Source: Candidatus Baldrarchaeota archaeon (GTDB taxonomy: Archaea > Asgardarchaeota > Baldrarchaeia > Baldrarchaeales > DXJG01). From it: 32,000 nucleotides of DNA. The stretch is taken from positions 156,572-188,571 of the forward strand of contig DXJG01000001.1 in assembly GCA_019056805.1 (NCBI GenBank), in the 5' to 3' direction. The notes below the pieces were generated by a model. The model made no database searches, was not told the DNA's origin, and worked only from the letters and a program-made list of their open reading frames with translations. Every line of letters starts with the position of its first letter. The first letter of the stretch is position 1. The position numbers and the translations under genes are program-made. Positions 9,254 to 18,851 of the stretch are shown here, piece after piece.

Positions 9254-11251
9254 CTAAATGTTTATAGAGAATTCTAATATTTTCCGTTTACGCACTACTA
9301 TAAAAATCCCTAATAGACAAGGTATACTAATTATCTTCAAAAAATCTTTTAAAAAGGAATAAATATTTCTTGACGGTAAAACTTCGATTTCTATTCTCTT
9401 CAAAGAGGCTCCATAGAAATCCGAGCCGTTGTATTTGAACATAACTACTATTATAGCTGGTTCGGAAGGCATTTTCAATTTTACAATTACTTTTCCATCG
9501 TTGTTTGTTTTCACAGTATTTAATAATGAATCATTAAGATAGACAGACAATTTTTCAAATTTCAACGGCATTCCTTCAATAGTTTGGAGAGTAACTTCAC
9601 AAATTATGATTTCTTCGATTTTTACCCGTCTTGGTATATTTAGGATTAATTCAGTTGGTATCTTCTCAACAATTCTATAAATTACGTAATTTTCTGCATT
9701 TAAAAGATATTGTTCTGGGTTTCCTAAATACGTCACTTTTATTATTAATTGACCGAAAACAGCATTACTTGGAATAATATATGTTATTGTAGCTTTTCCT
9801 AAATCATCTGTAGTGACGTTTCCTATGTATAAGTGATTGGTTATGTCGTAAGCATGTATGACTTTTCCTTGTAGGGGATCGTTTTGTAAAGTTTTAAGTT
9901 GAACGAAAAAAGATATCTGCATACTTCTAGCTACAAGAGTGATGTTATTTTCTTTTTTAACGACAAGATTTGGACGTTCGAAGACTAATATTGGAACTTT
10001 TAGCATAGTTGAATCATAAAATTCATCGCCTGGGAAATTGATCGTGATGAATGAGGGACCTTTAGCTTGAGAGACGTACCACTGTATTGTGGCGCATCCA
10101 TTATCATTTGTGATTGTACTAGTCAGCAAGTTTCCTTGACTATCAAAAACTAACAATTCTCTAAATGGTACAGGATCGTTTTGGTCATCAAGAAGGGTAA
10201 CATTTAATTTTGTTATTTCTCCACTAATTACCGTTACATTACTGAAACAAAAATCGATATACGTAATACCTCTTATCGTAAGCGTAACATTTCTTTCCGC
10301 GTTTTCATACCTTGGACTACCAGCAAAAGAAACTGTATAAACATATTCTCCCGGGTCTGTATAGTTTGGTATATAAATAATAGCTTCAAAAAAACCAGTA
10401 GCATTTGTCCATGCTGAAGAGACGTTTCCTTTTTCATTTTTTACATAAATTGCGGCATTAACCAGAGGATCACCTTTTTCATCTACTAGTTTCCCTGTTA
10501 TTGTTACAGTTTGGTTTCTATAAGCCACTTCGGGTTTTATTTCTAACATTGTTATATTAGTTTTTATTTTTCGAATATTAAGCGCTATAATACATGTACT
10601 TTTTTCGTAATACTGATAGGGACCAGCTTGAATAGTTAGTTCAATTTTTCCTTCAGAAGTTTTTGGCGAAGGTATATATCTTAAAACCGTCTCTCCTTTT
10701 TCGTTAGTAAATTGTTGATCAATTATCTTTTCTCCTTCTATTAACGATACATTTATTGCTTTTACGGGTTCTCCTACATCGTCTGTGACAGTAACATTAA
10801 TAACAACTTCATCTCCTGGAGCCACTGTCTGATCATAAGGGTCTAAAGTCGTATCAGTCACTAAAATAGTTAGGTAGGTTTTTCCCATGACCGTCAAATA
10901 AAACACTTGATACGAAGGACTTAGGTTTTTAGCAAGATTTCCTCGGAAAGTTGCATTTAACACAAGTTGACCTGGAGAATAACTTTTTGGCACAGTCCAT
11001 GATATTTGTGCAATTCCATTGTCATTTGTTACCGCTTCTCCTATGTACATGTTATGAGTTTCATCGTAGAAATATATCGTTTCGTTTACAACTGGTTCTC
11101 CTAAATCATCCTCTAAGGTTGCAGTAAGAGTAAGAGTCTGACCTCTATAGACAATAATTTCCTGACTTTGTGCATTTAGGACATTGAAGGAAAAATAACA
11201 TAAAAGTATCACTAAGATAGCTAACGAGGCGATGATAAATACCCTTTTCAC
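9254..11251 (-). CDS. Secreted, membrane-anchored protein with about six Ig-like (Big) repeats
   Basis: N-terminal signal peptide; ~100-aa repeats of the form TLxDxxGxPxxxxxI...TNxxG; C-terminal TM helix with RKRK tail; several NxT sequons. Confidence 0.8.
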   Translation of the reverse strand: MKRVFIIASLAILVILLCYFSFNVLNAQSQEIIVYRGQTLTLTATLEDDLGEPVVNETIYFYDETHNMYIGEAVTNDNGIAQISWTVPKSYSPGQLVLNATFRGNLAKNLSPSYQVFYLTVMGKTYLTILVTDTTLDPYDQTVAPGDEVVINVTVTDDVGEPVKAINVSLIEGEKIIDQQFTNEKGETVLRYIPSPKTSEGKIELTIQAGPYQYYEKSTCIIALNIRKIKTNITMLEIKPEVAYRNQTVTITGKLVDEKGDPLVNAAIYVKNEKGNVSSAWTNATGFFEAIIYIPNYTDPGEYVYTVSFAGSPRYENAERNVTLTIRGITYIDFCFSNVTVISGEITKLNVTLLDDQNDPVPFRELLVFDSQGNLLTSTITNDNGCATIQWYVSQAKGPSFITINFPGDEFYDSTMLKVPILVFERPNLVVKKENNITLVARSMQISFFVQLKTLQNDPLQGKVIHAYDITNHLYIGNVTTDDLGKATITYIIPSNAVFGQLIIKVTYLGNPEQYLLNAENYVIYRIVEKIPTELILNIPRRVKIEEIIICEVTLQTIEGMPLKFEKLSVYLNDSLLNTVKTNNDGKVIVKLKMPSEPAIIVVMFKYNGSDFYGASLKRIEIEVLPSRNIYSFLKDFLKIISIPCLLGIFIVVRKRKILEFSINI

Positions 11252-11401
11252 TTTTACCCATTTTATCTATGTTTATCTTAGAATTTAAACCCCTTGTCTT
11301 ATATTGTATGGTATCTGTATCTCAGACAGATTTATTTACATGAACCTAAACCTTAATAAGATACTAAATACTTCTAAAAAACGAAATAAGAGGTGTGCAT
11401 C

Positions 11402-11680
11402 TTGAGCGTAATTACTAAGAATATAGTTAAATTACTACGTATGATATCTTTGGTCTTTGTCATTATTTCAATTGCCAGTCTCATTTATATATCGATTAAC
11501 GGGCTTAACCTCTTATCATCTGCAATATTTCTTGTTTTTATCTATCTTTTCGGGATAACACTAGGTACCGCTGGAAAAATTGAAGAAAAAGAAGAAACAA
11601 AACCTAAAATTTTATTAGAATGGAGTGCCGCTTGCCTAGTCGGAGTTATTCTCCTAACATTAGTTATTTTCTTCTCATAA
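11402..11680 (+). CDS. Small hypothetical membrane protein (about 3 TM)
   Basis: Three hydrophobic segments; TTG at 11402 lies 6 nt after a GAGGTG SD (ORF track starts at 11393). Confidence 0.6.
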   Translation: MSVITKNIVKLLRMISLVFVIISIASLIYISINGLNLLSSAIFLVFIYLFGITLGTAGKIEEKEETKPKILLEWSAACLVGVILLTLVIFFS

Positions 11681-11745
11681 CGATTCTAAGAGTAAACTAA
11701 GAGGTGGGTTTAAAAACTCAGCGAAACATTTTTTGAATACAAAAT

Positions 11746-11765
11746 ATATTTCCATAGGGAAATAT
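11746..11765. promoter_or_regulatory. Perfect 8-bp inverted repeat upstream of atpD (possible operator or hairpin)
   Basis: ATATTTCC-atag-GGAAATAT, about 55 nt upstream of the atpD start; AT-rich, so it may be chance. Confidence 0.3.
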
Positions 11766-11819
11766 TCACACACCTAACATAATTGTATAATTAATTTCTA
11801 ATAACCAGGTGGTGATGAA

Positions 11820-12521
11820 ATGTCGACTGAAATCATCCGAGGAGTTCCTCCCACTAGAAACTTAGGGTGTCTAAAACTGGCACCCTAAGCTAGAATGGAA
11901 CTCCTCATCCTTAGAAGGCGAAAAATTCTTGCAGAAAAAGGTAGAGATTTACTTGAAGAAAAAAGGGACGCTTTAATTATGGAATTTCGAGACGTTTTGG
12001 AAAGAACATATAAACTACGGAACGAAGCTAACAAAAGTTTAGAAGAGGCGTTTAAGGAATTATCAGAAGTAAAAATGCTTATGGGACCTTTAATGATCGA
12101 AGAAATTGCGAGTAACATTCCTTCAACATTAGAACTCGAAGTAAAAACGAGGAATATAATGGGAGTCAGAGTACCAATTTTGAGGGTTAAAGAAAAACAA
12201 AACGAAGAACCTGTGCTTTATAGTTTCATCGATACTTCTTCCAAACTTGATACAGCCATTAAAAAATTTAGAAACGCCCTGAGAGCAATCTTAAGACTGG
12301 CGGAAACAGAAGGAGCTGTTAGAAGGTTGGCAGAAGAAATAAAAAAGACAAAAAGAAGAGTTAACGCCTTAAAATACGTAATTATTCCTAAGATAGAAAA
12401 CACGATAAAATATATTGAATTTTACCTTGAGGAAATGGAAAGAGAAGACTTCTTTAGGCTCAAGCGAATTAAGAGTTTATTGGAAAGAAAAGCAGGAGAA
12501 CGTATTAAAGCATCAACTTAA
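11820..12521 (+). CDS. atpD: A/V-type ATP synthase subunit D, interrupted by a 36-nt BHB-type intron (exons 11820-11859 and 11896-12521; 221 aa spliced)
   Basis: AGGTGGTGA SD, then ATG at 11820 gives MSTEIIRGVPPTR; joining across 11860-11895 gives PTRMELLILRRR...LLEEKRDALI...KTKRRVNALKYVIIP...LEEMEREDFFRLK, a typical AtpD. Confidence 0.92.
11860..11895 (+). other. BHB/BHL mRNA intron in atpD (36 nt, in-frame TAA at 11886)
   Basis: Exon stem GAGGAGTTCC(11839-48)/GGAACTCCTC(11897-906); central helix CTAG/CTAG; bulges AA|A and AA|T; intron stem CTTAGGGTGTC/GGCACCCTAAG. Confidence 0.82.
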
Positions 12522-12539
12522 TTTTTTATTATCAAGTAA

Positions 12540-12905
12540 TTATGTGTTTTTTGATGATTTTAGCAGTAAAATTGCCTGTGCTAAGTCTCCGCCAGTTTGT
12601 TCTAAAGCTTTTTTTGCGTCATCAATACTGACTCCTGCTTGAGCAGCAACTAGTTGAATGTCCTCCATAGGTATCTCTAATTTCTCTTCCTTTGTCTCTA
12701 TTGGCCGTTGCTCAGCCTCTCCGAGGACTTGATAAAGATCCTGTCCACTAACTTTCATTAAAGTTACTTGCGGATTCCTAATAATAATTTCATTATCACT
12801 CAGCCTTATTATTACTTCTTTTACTCCAGCAAGTTCCTGTATTTTTATTCCCATTTGCTTCATGAGTTTTTTCATCATTTTTGGGCTCATTCGTCGAGGG
12901 ATCAT
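12540..12905 (-). CDS. nac: Nascent polypeptide-associated complex protein (aNAC)
   Basis: MMKKLMKQMGI...EVIIR...IRNPQV...YQV and a UBA-like tail EDIQLVAAQAGVS...ALEQTGGDLAQAI. Confidence 0.95.
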   Translation of the reverse strand: MIPRRMSPKMMKKLMKQMGIKIQELAGVKEVIIRLSDNEIIIRNPQVTLMKVSGQDLYQVLGEAEQRPIETKEEKLEIPMEDIQLVAAQAGVSIDDAKKALEQTGGDLAQAILLLKSSKNT

Positions 12906-12917
12906 ATTTCGTACCTC

Positions 12918-14135
12918 CTAGCCATACATGTCATTTTCAACTCTGGATGTCTTTTCGTTTTTTCTCTTTAAAACTTTATCAATTGCTTTTAGAAAATCAG
13001 AAAATGTAACTTTGACTCTTCGTTCTCTTATGGCGAAAACTCCAGCTTCAGTACAGATAGCTTTAATATCTGCTCCAGTAGCACCTTCTGTTATTTTTGC
13101 CAATTCCCTTAACTCCACATCACTGGCGAGATTCATCTTCCTTGTGTGTATCTGAAAGATTTCTAATCTACCTTGTTGATTGGGAAGAGGAAACTCTATT
13201 ATTCTATCAAATCTTCCAGGCCTTAACAAAGCTGGATCTAACATATCAGGTCTATTTGTTGCAGCCAAAATTCTAACATCACCTCTGGCGTCAAATCCAT
13301 CTAAGGTACTAAGAAGCTGCATTAATGTTCTTTGTACTTCTTTATCACCACTAGTTGTTACATCGTATCTCTTTGAACCGATTGCATCTATTTCATCTAT
13401 AAATACTATACTTGGCGCTTTTTTCTGTGCTAAGTGAAATATTTCCCTTACTAATCTGGCACCTTCTCCAATGTATTTTTGAACGAGTTCCGACCCTATT
13501 ACCCTTATGAAAGTAGCTTTCGTCTCGTGAGCAACTGCTCTGGCAACTAAAGTTTTACCAGTTCCAGGAGGCCCACAGAAAAGGACCCCTTTCGGCGGGT
13601 CAATTCCAACTTTCTCAAAAAGCTCGGGATGAGTTAGGGGTAACTCCACACACTCCTTAACTTCTCTTAGTTGCTCATGTAATCCTCCAATATCGTTATA
13701 AGTTACAGGCGGTGATTCTTCTACCTCCATTCCCCTTACAAATGGGTCATATGATGGTGGAAGGACTTCAACAACAGCAAAAGTTCTCTGATTTAAAGCA
13801 ACTCTAACTCCAGGATGAATTTTTTCACGTGGCACCATCGGAGATACATGAACCACAAAGTTCGGACCTGTAGAACTTTTAACTATCACTCTACCATCAG
13901 AAAGAATTTCGGTAACCGTTGCGGCAATTAAAGGTGGATACTTTAATCTTTCAATCTCCATTCTTAAAGCATTCAATTCTCTCTCTAAACGCACTTTTTC
14001 TGCGTCCAGTAATTGTTTTTCGGTTTCAAGCATTCTTAATCGTCTTTCTAAATGCTTCGTATAGCTAAGAAGATAGGAAATATCTTCATCGTCAACATAT
14101 ATCCTTTTTTTGGACTCAGTTGAGTTTGGCAACAA
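12918..14135 (-). CDS. pan: Proteasome-activating nucleotidase (AAA+)
   Basis: Coiled coil plus OB domain, Walker A GPPGTGKT, Walker [16 protein letters not shown] and C-terminal HbYX MYG. Confidence 0.97.
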   Translation of the reverse strand: MLPNSTESKKRIYVDDEDISYLLSYTKHLERRLRMLETEKQLLDAEKVRLERELNALRMEIERLKYPPLIAATVTEILSDGRVIVKSSTGPNFVVHVSPMVPREKIHPGVRVALNQRTFAVVEVLPPSYDPFVRGMEVEESPPVTYNDIGGLHEQLREVKECVELPLTHPELFEKVGIDPPKGVLFCGPPGTGKTLVARAVAHETKATFIRVIGSELVQKYIGEGARLVREIFHLAQKKAPSIVFIDEIDAIGSKRYDVTTSGDKEVQRTLMQLLSTLDGFDARGDVRILAATNRPDMLDPALLRPGRFDRIIEFPLPNQQGRLEIFQIHTRKMNLASDVELRELAKITEGATGADIKAICTEAGVFAIRERRVKVTFSDFLKAIDKVLKRKNEKTSRVENDMYG

Positions 14136-14208
14136 TGTCCCTCCGTCGAAGTTATAAGAAGTTCAAGTCCCTATATATTCTTGTCGTGGTTTTGGGGGCG
14201 TCACAAAT

Positions 14209-14721
14209 TTGAGATGTGAAATCTGTGGACGAAAAATCCAAGGCACACCTAAGCATATAATCGTAGAAGGCGCCAAACTAGTTGTATGCAAAATTTGTGC
14301 TAAATTTGGATCAGAAACTCCAGTAGCTACTACGCAAAGCAAAATTTCAACAAAAAGAACACTAAAAATTCCTAAAAAACCGGTTCAAAGAAGGGTAAAA
14401 TACATATCAAAGCCCATAATGTTTGAAGAAGACTACGAACTAGTAGAAAACTTTGGAGAAAAAGTTAAAAAAGCAAGAGAAAAATTAGGATGGAAACAAG
14501 AAGACCTAGCAAGAGAAATTAAAGAAAAAGAATCAATAATAAGTAAAATTGAAACTATGGAAATAACGCCACCACTAAATACAATTAAGAAACTAGAAAA
14601 AGTTCTAAACATAAAACTTACAGTACCAGCATCCAAAATATCCGAAACCCCACCACTATCTACAAAGGAGCCATCTTTAACTCTAGGAGATGCCATAATA
14701 CTTAAAAAGAAGAAAAAATAA
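14209..14721 (+). CDS. mbf1: Archaeal multiprotein bridging factor 1
   Basis: CEICG...VCKICAKFG Zn ribbon, cro-like HTH and the TLGD tail. Confidence 0.93.
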   Translation: MRCEICGRKIQGTPKHIIVEGAKLVVCKICAKFGSETPVATTQSKISTKRTLKIPKKPVQRRVKYISKPIMFEEDYELVENFGEKVKKAREKLGWKQEDLAREIKEKESIISKIETMEITPPLNTIKKLEKVLNIKLTVPASKISETPPLSTKEPSLTLGDAIILKKKKK

Positions 14722-14732
14722 ATGGTGATACA

Positions 14733-15998
14733 ATGAAAGCTTTACTTGTCGAAGTAATTCAGTCCGCCAACGATAGTAGACTGGAAGAATTCAAAGAACT
14801 CGCAAAAGCAGCTGGCTATGAAATAGAAGGAGTCTTACAGCAAATACGAAACTCACCAGATCCAGCCTATTGCTTGGGAAAAGGAAAAGCCGAAGAACTC
14901 GCACAACTGGCAAAAATGCTAAAACCAGACAAAATAATCTTTAACAAAGAATTAAAACCAAATCAAACAATAAATTTAGAGAACTTGACTAAAACAGAAG
15001 TTATCGATAGAATCCAACTTATTCTTGAAATATTCACAAAAAGAGCAGGTACAAAAGAAGCTAAACTTCAAATAGAATTAGCAAAACTAAAGTACCTTCT
15101 TCCCAAACTAAAAATGTATGTCAAATACACGAAAAAGGAAGAATTCCCAGGATTTCACGGCCCAGGATACTACCAAACAGCTAAGTATGAAAGAATGATC
15201 AGAAAAAGAATAGCTAAAATAGAAAGAGAACTTGAAAAAATTAGGTATGAAAGAGAAGAGAGAAGAAAAATTAGACGAGAACTTGGATTTTCACTTGTAG
15301 CTTTAGCCGGATATAGCAATGCAGGAAAATCCACTCTACTAAATAGACTAACGAAATCAAATGTTCCAGCAGATGATAGGCTATTCACTACTCTAGGCAC
15401 ATACACTAGATTTGCATACTTTAATGGCAAAAAAGTTCTTATAAGCGATACAATAGGATTTGTTGAAAATTTACCACATTTGGTCATTGAGGCATTTAAA
15501 TCGACATTAGAAGAAATCACATTAGCCGATTTAATTATACTGGTTGTTGATGCAAGTGAACCATTACATGAGATAGAAAGGAAGATAAAAACAGCTAACG
15601 ACGTCTTGGAGGAGGTTGGTGCGACAGGAAAACCGGTTCTCATGGCTTTAAATAAAATAGATAAAATTTCCTCAGAAGAAATCAAAGAAAAAGTATCAAA
15701 ATTAGAAGGACTTGCGCAGGATATTGTTCCCATCTCGGCGCTATATGGTTATAATCTAGATAAGTTATCTATTAAAGCAGAACAACTTCTACCAAAATAT
15801 GTTAAAATAGAAGCTCACATACCTTTAAAACAAGATGCCGGTCTTTTAATTTCACATATATACAACAGAGGAAATGTTAAACAAGTTGTATATTTTAACG
15901 ATGAAATTAAAATGCAGTTCGAAGTATTACCACATACATCCGAATATTTCAGAAAAATCATAGAAAGAGCTGGTGGAACATTAGAAATCATGCAATGA
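14733..15998 (+). CDS. hflX: GTPase HflX
   Basis: LGKGK, DRIQLILEIF, EAKLQIELA, GYSNAGKS, DTIGF and NKID. Confidence 0.96.
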   Translation: MKALLVEVIQSANDSRLEEFKELAKAAGYEIEGVLQQIRNSPDPAYCLGKGKAEELAQLAKMLKPDKIIFNKELKPNQTINLENLTKTEVIDRIQLILEIFTKRAGTKEAKLQIELAKLKYLLPKLKMYVKYTKKEEFPGFHGPGYYQTAKYERMIRKRIAKIERELEKIRYEREERRKIRRELGFSLVALAGYSNAGKSTLLNRLTKSNVPADDRLFTTLGTYTRFAYFNGKKVLISDTIGFVENLPHLVIEAFKSTLEEITLADLIILVVDASEPLHEIERKIKTANDVLEEVGATGKPVLMALNKIDKISSEEIKEKVSKLEGLAQDIVPISALYGYNLDKLSIKAEQLLPKYVKIEAHIPLKQDAGLLISHIYNRGNVKQVVYFNDEIKMQFEVLPHTSEYFRKIIERAGGTLEIMQ

Positions 15999-16008
15999 AT
16001 TGCCTATT

Positions 16009-16551
16009 TCAGGTTTTTAAAACTTTTTTACCCTTTGCAGAAGGAACTATTCTAATTTTTGCATTCTTAAACTCAAATTTAAATTCTTTTCCTTTCCAAA
16101 GTTCATGAAGGAAAACAGCAAGGGCAGCCACTTCGCTATGCGGTTGATTAGTAATTGAAACGTTCCAATCAGCTAGCTCAAAAATCCATGCTGGAACTTT
16201 TTCTGCTCCGACAACAATAAGTTTATCTTTTTTTGACTTCCTTATTTTCTCTATTACGTTAGGTAGAGGAAGACCGTACATTGTTAAGTGAATAATTTCT
16301 CCACCTTTTGCTCTCCATTCTTCTATGATCTTCCTTGCAGAAACTCCAATTTCTACGTGAAACGAGCCGCCCCAGGTCATTACAACCTTTTCTAAGGATT
16401 TTTTCACGTTTTCATCCTTTTCACCAGCAATGTAAATTCCGTTAGCGCCAAAGGCCCTACTAACCAAACCAACATGAGTGGTAATTCTTCTATCTCTTTC
16501 AATTCGATGACCTAAGCGTAAAACATATATGGTATAAGTTTTATTTCCCAA
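16009..16551 (-). CDS. trm56: tRNA (cytidine56-2'-O)-methyltransferase
   Basis: [39 protein letters not shown] and [14 protein letters not shown]; TTG start at 16551 after a GGAGGT SD. Confidence 0.94.
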   Translation of the reverse strand: MGNKTYTIYVLRLGHRIERDRRITTHVGLVSRAFGANGIYIAGEKDENVKKSLEKVVMTWGGSFHVEIGVSARKIIEEWRAKGGEIIHLTMYGLPLPNVIEKIRKSKKDKLIVVGAEKVPAWIFELADWNVSITNQPHSEVAALAVFLHELWKGKEFKFEFKNAKIRIVPSAKGKKVLKT

Positions 16552-16738
16552 ATTGAAGCAAACCTCCATACTTTATGTATTATATTGAAATGTTAGTTAC
16601 CAGTTGAGGCTTAGTTGGAAATTCAGTTTTCTATCTTTTTAACATTTAGATACTTTGTTGTGTTAAATGTAAAGATTTATACTGATAATCTCCTTAAGTT
16701 AATTTGAAACATGGAGAGAGAGCGGAGTAGCAATAACG

Positions 16739-17308
16739 ATGAAAAACAACGAAGTGGTGCAATTAATGCATGAAAAAGTGCAAAAACAGTCAAAGAAAAC
16801 TAAGAACGATGTGTTTGTATCAGTGGTCGAAGAACTAGTTGGAGAAGATGCTGTAAACGTAGCTATGGCACTTTCAAAAAGAAAGGAGGCTACAGATGAA
16901 GAAATATCCCAAGAAACAGGTATAAGGCTAAATGACGTGAGAAAAATTCTTTATAAACTTCATAATTTTAATTTGGCTACATATCGTCGAATAAGGGATG
17001 ATAGTACTGGGTGGTTTACATATTTCTGGCAGATAAACAAAGAAAGAGTTTATGATCTCATAAAAAGTAGAAAAAAACTTGTTTTAGAAAAATTAAAAGA
17101 AAGATTGGAATACGAAAAAAGTAAGATGTTCTTTTATTGCCCTAATGATGGGGACGCCAGGCTAACATTCGAAGAAGCTATGGAAAGTTCTTTTAAATGC
17201 CCAAAGTGTGGAAATGTACTTCAACATTTTGATAATTCCGAAATAATAAAAATATTGGAAGAAAAAATTAGAGAACTGGAAGAGGAGATGGACAGTACAT
17301 CTAAGTAA
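16739..17308 (+). CDS. tfe: Transcription factor E (TFE alpha)
   Basis: TDEEISQETGIRLNDVRKILYKL...GWFTYFW winged helix plus CP...CPKCG Zn ribbon. Confidence 0.95.
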   Translation: MKNNEVVQLMHEKVQKQSKKTKNDVFVSVVEELVGEDAVNVAMALSKRKEATDEEISQETGIRLNDVRKILYKLHNFNLATYRRIRDDSTGWFTYFWQINKERVYDLIKSRKKLVLEKLKERLEYEKSKMFFYCPNDGDARLTFEEAMESSFKCPKCGNVLQHFDNSEIIKILEEKIRELEEEMDSTSK

Positions 17309-17330
17309 CGTCGATCATGGAAGTGAAAAA

Positions 17331-18131
17331 ATGCCAATCCACTCAGTAATTTTACTAGAAAAAATTTATGGGCCCAATAAAGAAATTGCAATTAAGGCAT
17401 TTCATCACATAGCAGCAAGCCTAGTAAGGGACTTAAACGTGAAAATAATAGGAATAGAGAAAGATGTTAAGGGATGGATAAAAGTTACTCTAAACGGGGA
17501 GGACGCTGAAGCCGCAAAAAACTATCTAGCTAAGGAATTTTATTCAACAGTTTTAATTAATCAGCTTAAAAATGGAGATATCAGAAAAGGAAAGCTCATA
17601 GATGTGGAAAAATACGGCTACGGTATATACATAGATATTGGTGTTATTTCTCCCCGTCCAAAAGACGCTCTAATACCTCTGTATGTTTTAAGAAAACAAT
17701 TAGCAAATAATCATAAAGTATCTACAAGACAAATAATTAAAAAATACGCTTTTATGGATAACTTACCATTAGAAGTAAAAATAATAGATGTCGACGAACG
17801 ATTTGATACAATTGAAGTAGAATTAAGTGAAAATCAAATAAAAAAATACAAAAAATGGATTAATCAGGGGTTAGATAGAATAATCATCTGCGGAGCCACC
17901 AGACAAATGGTTAGAAAAGCGATAATAAAATCAGGACATTTACAAGACATTCTAAGTATCGAAAGACTAGGACTTTTAGAACACACTGTTGTATGCAAAC
18001 CTGGCACCACAGCACAAGGACTTATAGCAGAAATAGGAAAGTATTTACCAAAAATCCCGATGAAAGCATTTAAACCAAAAGAAATCAAGAAATGGCTAGA
18101 ACAACTAGAAAATATAAACAAAAAATTGTAA
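17331..18131 (+). CDS. DUF2110 family protein (OB/S1-like)
   Basis: GEDAEAAKNYL, YGYGIYIDIG, IERLGLLEHTVVCK...APG-like tail; the usual neighbour of tfe. Confidence 0.8.
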   Translation: MPIHSVILLEKIYGPNKEIAIKAFHHIAASLVRDLNVKIIGIEKDVKGWIKVTLNGEDAEAAKNYLAKEFYSTVLINQLKNGDIRKGKLIDVEKYGYGIYIDIGVISPRPKDALIPLYVLRKQLANNHKVSTRQIIKKYAFMDNLPLEVKIIDVDERFDTIEVELSENQIKKYKKWINQGLDRIIICGATRQMVRKAIIKSGHLQDILSIERLGLLEHTVVCKPGTTAQGLIAEIGKYLPKIPMKAFKPKEIKKWLEQLENINKKL

Positions 18132-18196
18132 AGTTAAAGTACTCAAACTAGCAAAGAATTTTTACAATAAATAAATTGTGGACTTAAAAGTGATAT

Positions 18197-18305
18197 TGGT
18201 GGGCCCGCCGGGATTTGAACCCGGGACTTCCGCCGTGTGAGGGCGGCGTCATAGCCGGGTTACCCAACGGAAGCTTATTTTCTTCCATTTCTAGACCACG
18301 GGCCC
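18197..18305 (-). tRNA. tRNA-Val(CAC) with encoded CCA and a 31-nt D-loop intron
   Basis: GGGCCCG acceptor, CCGCC-CT-CAC-AC-GGCGG anticodon arm, CCGGG-TTCAAAT-CCCGG T arm, A73 then CCA; 78 nt after intron removal. Confidence 0.95.
18260..18290 (-). other. BHB intron at tRNA position 15/16 (31 nt)
   Basis: Helix GTCT/GGGT, bulges AG|A and AA|C, intron stem AATGGAAG/CTTCCGTT; removal restores the D-arm GTCTAG-CCCGGCTA-TGAC. Confidence 0.85.
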
Positions 18306-18349
18306 AAATACATTTCCTACAGTATTTAAGTATAAATTTTTCTATCTAG

Positions 18350-18814
18350 TTACTTCAAGAACTTTTTTAGCTCATAGAGAACAACAGCTGCCACGCCTAT
18401 TGGCCCTATATCCTCAGCAACGTCTAATGAAACGGTTTTTCCAAGATCCATCTCTTTCTTTGATAATCCCGGTTCACTACCGCCGAACACAAACAAAATT
18501 TTTCTCTCTTCCTTTAGTTTATTAGCAATCTTAGTGGGATCATAAGTATCCTTGGCAAATCGTGGTGGAACAAAAACGTAAATTTCATCCGGTTTTAATA
18601 ATTCAATTACATCAGGTAAGTCTGGAAAACAAAGTAGAGACTTTTTTTGTCTATACATAATTTTTTGTGCTTCAGGAATACCGGAAACAGCCGCTGCGCC
18701 TTCAGCTTTAGAAATTATGAGCGATTTTAAACCAAAACCGATTGCAAGTTTAGCCATATCCTTTACCCTTTGAATACTGTGAACGTTGTGTAAAACCACA
18801 AAAAGTTGATCCAT
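18350..18814 (-). CDS. DUF2122 'RecB-family nuclease'/SPOUT-like protein
   Basis: VVLHNVHSIQR...KAEGAAAVSGIPEAQK...FVFGGSEPGLSKKE...IGPIGVAAVVLY; SPOUT-like knot motif. Confidence 0.7.
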   Translation of the reverse strand: MDQLFVVLHNVHSIQRVKDMAKLAIGFGLKSLIISKAEGAAAVSGIPEAQKIMYRQKKSLLCFPDLPDVIELLKPDEIYVFVPPRFAKDTYDPTKIANKLKEERKILFVFGGSEPGLSKKEMDLGKTVSLDVAEDIGPIGVAAVVLYELKKFLK

Positions 18815-18851
18815 TATCGTTCCTCCTCAAATTTGAATTAACAATTACAAA

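Noticed and set aside
11812-11830. C-box (GTGATGA) and D-box (CTGA) like motifs over the atpD SD and start, a possible L7Ae K-turn
   Set aside because: The spacing is only 8 nt, there is no closing stem, and the motif is explained by the SD and start codon.
11854-11895. MITE or transposon footprint reading of the atpD insert (CTAGAA direct repeat plus 9-bp inverted repeats)
   Set aside because: It is only 30 nt between the repeats and no transposase is present. The direct repeat follows from a palindromic CTAG central helix plus AA bulges, and the 10-bp exon-exon stem is explained only by the splicing model. Kept as the alternative hypothesis.
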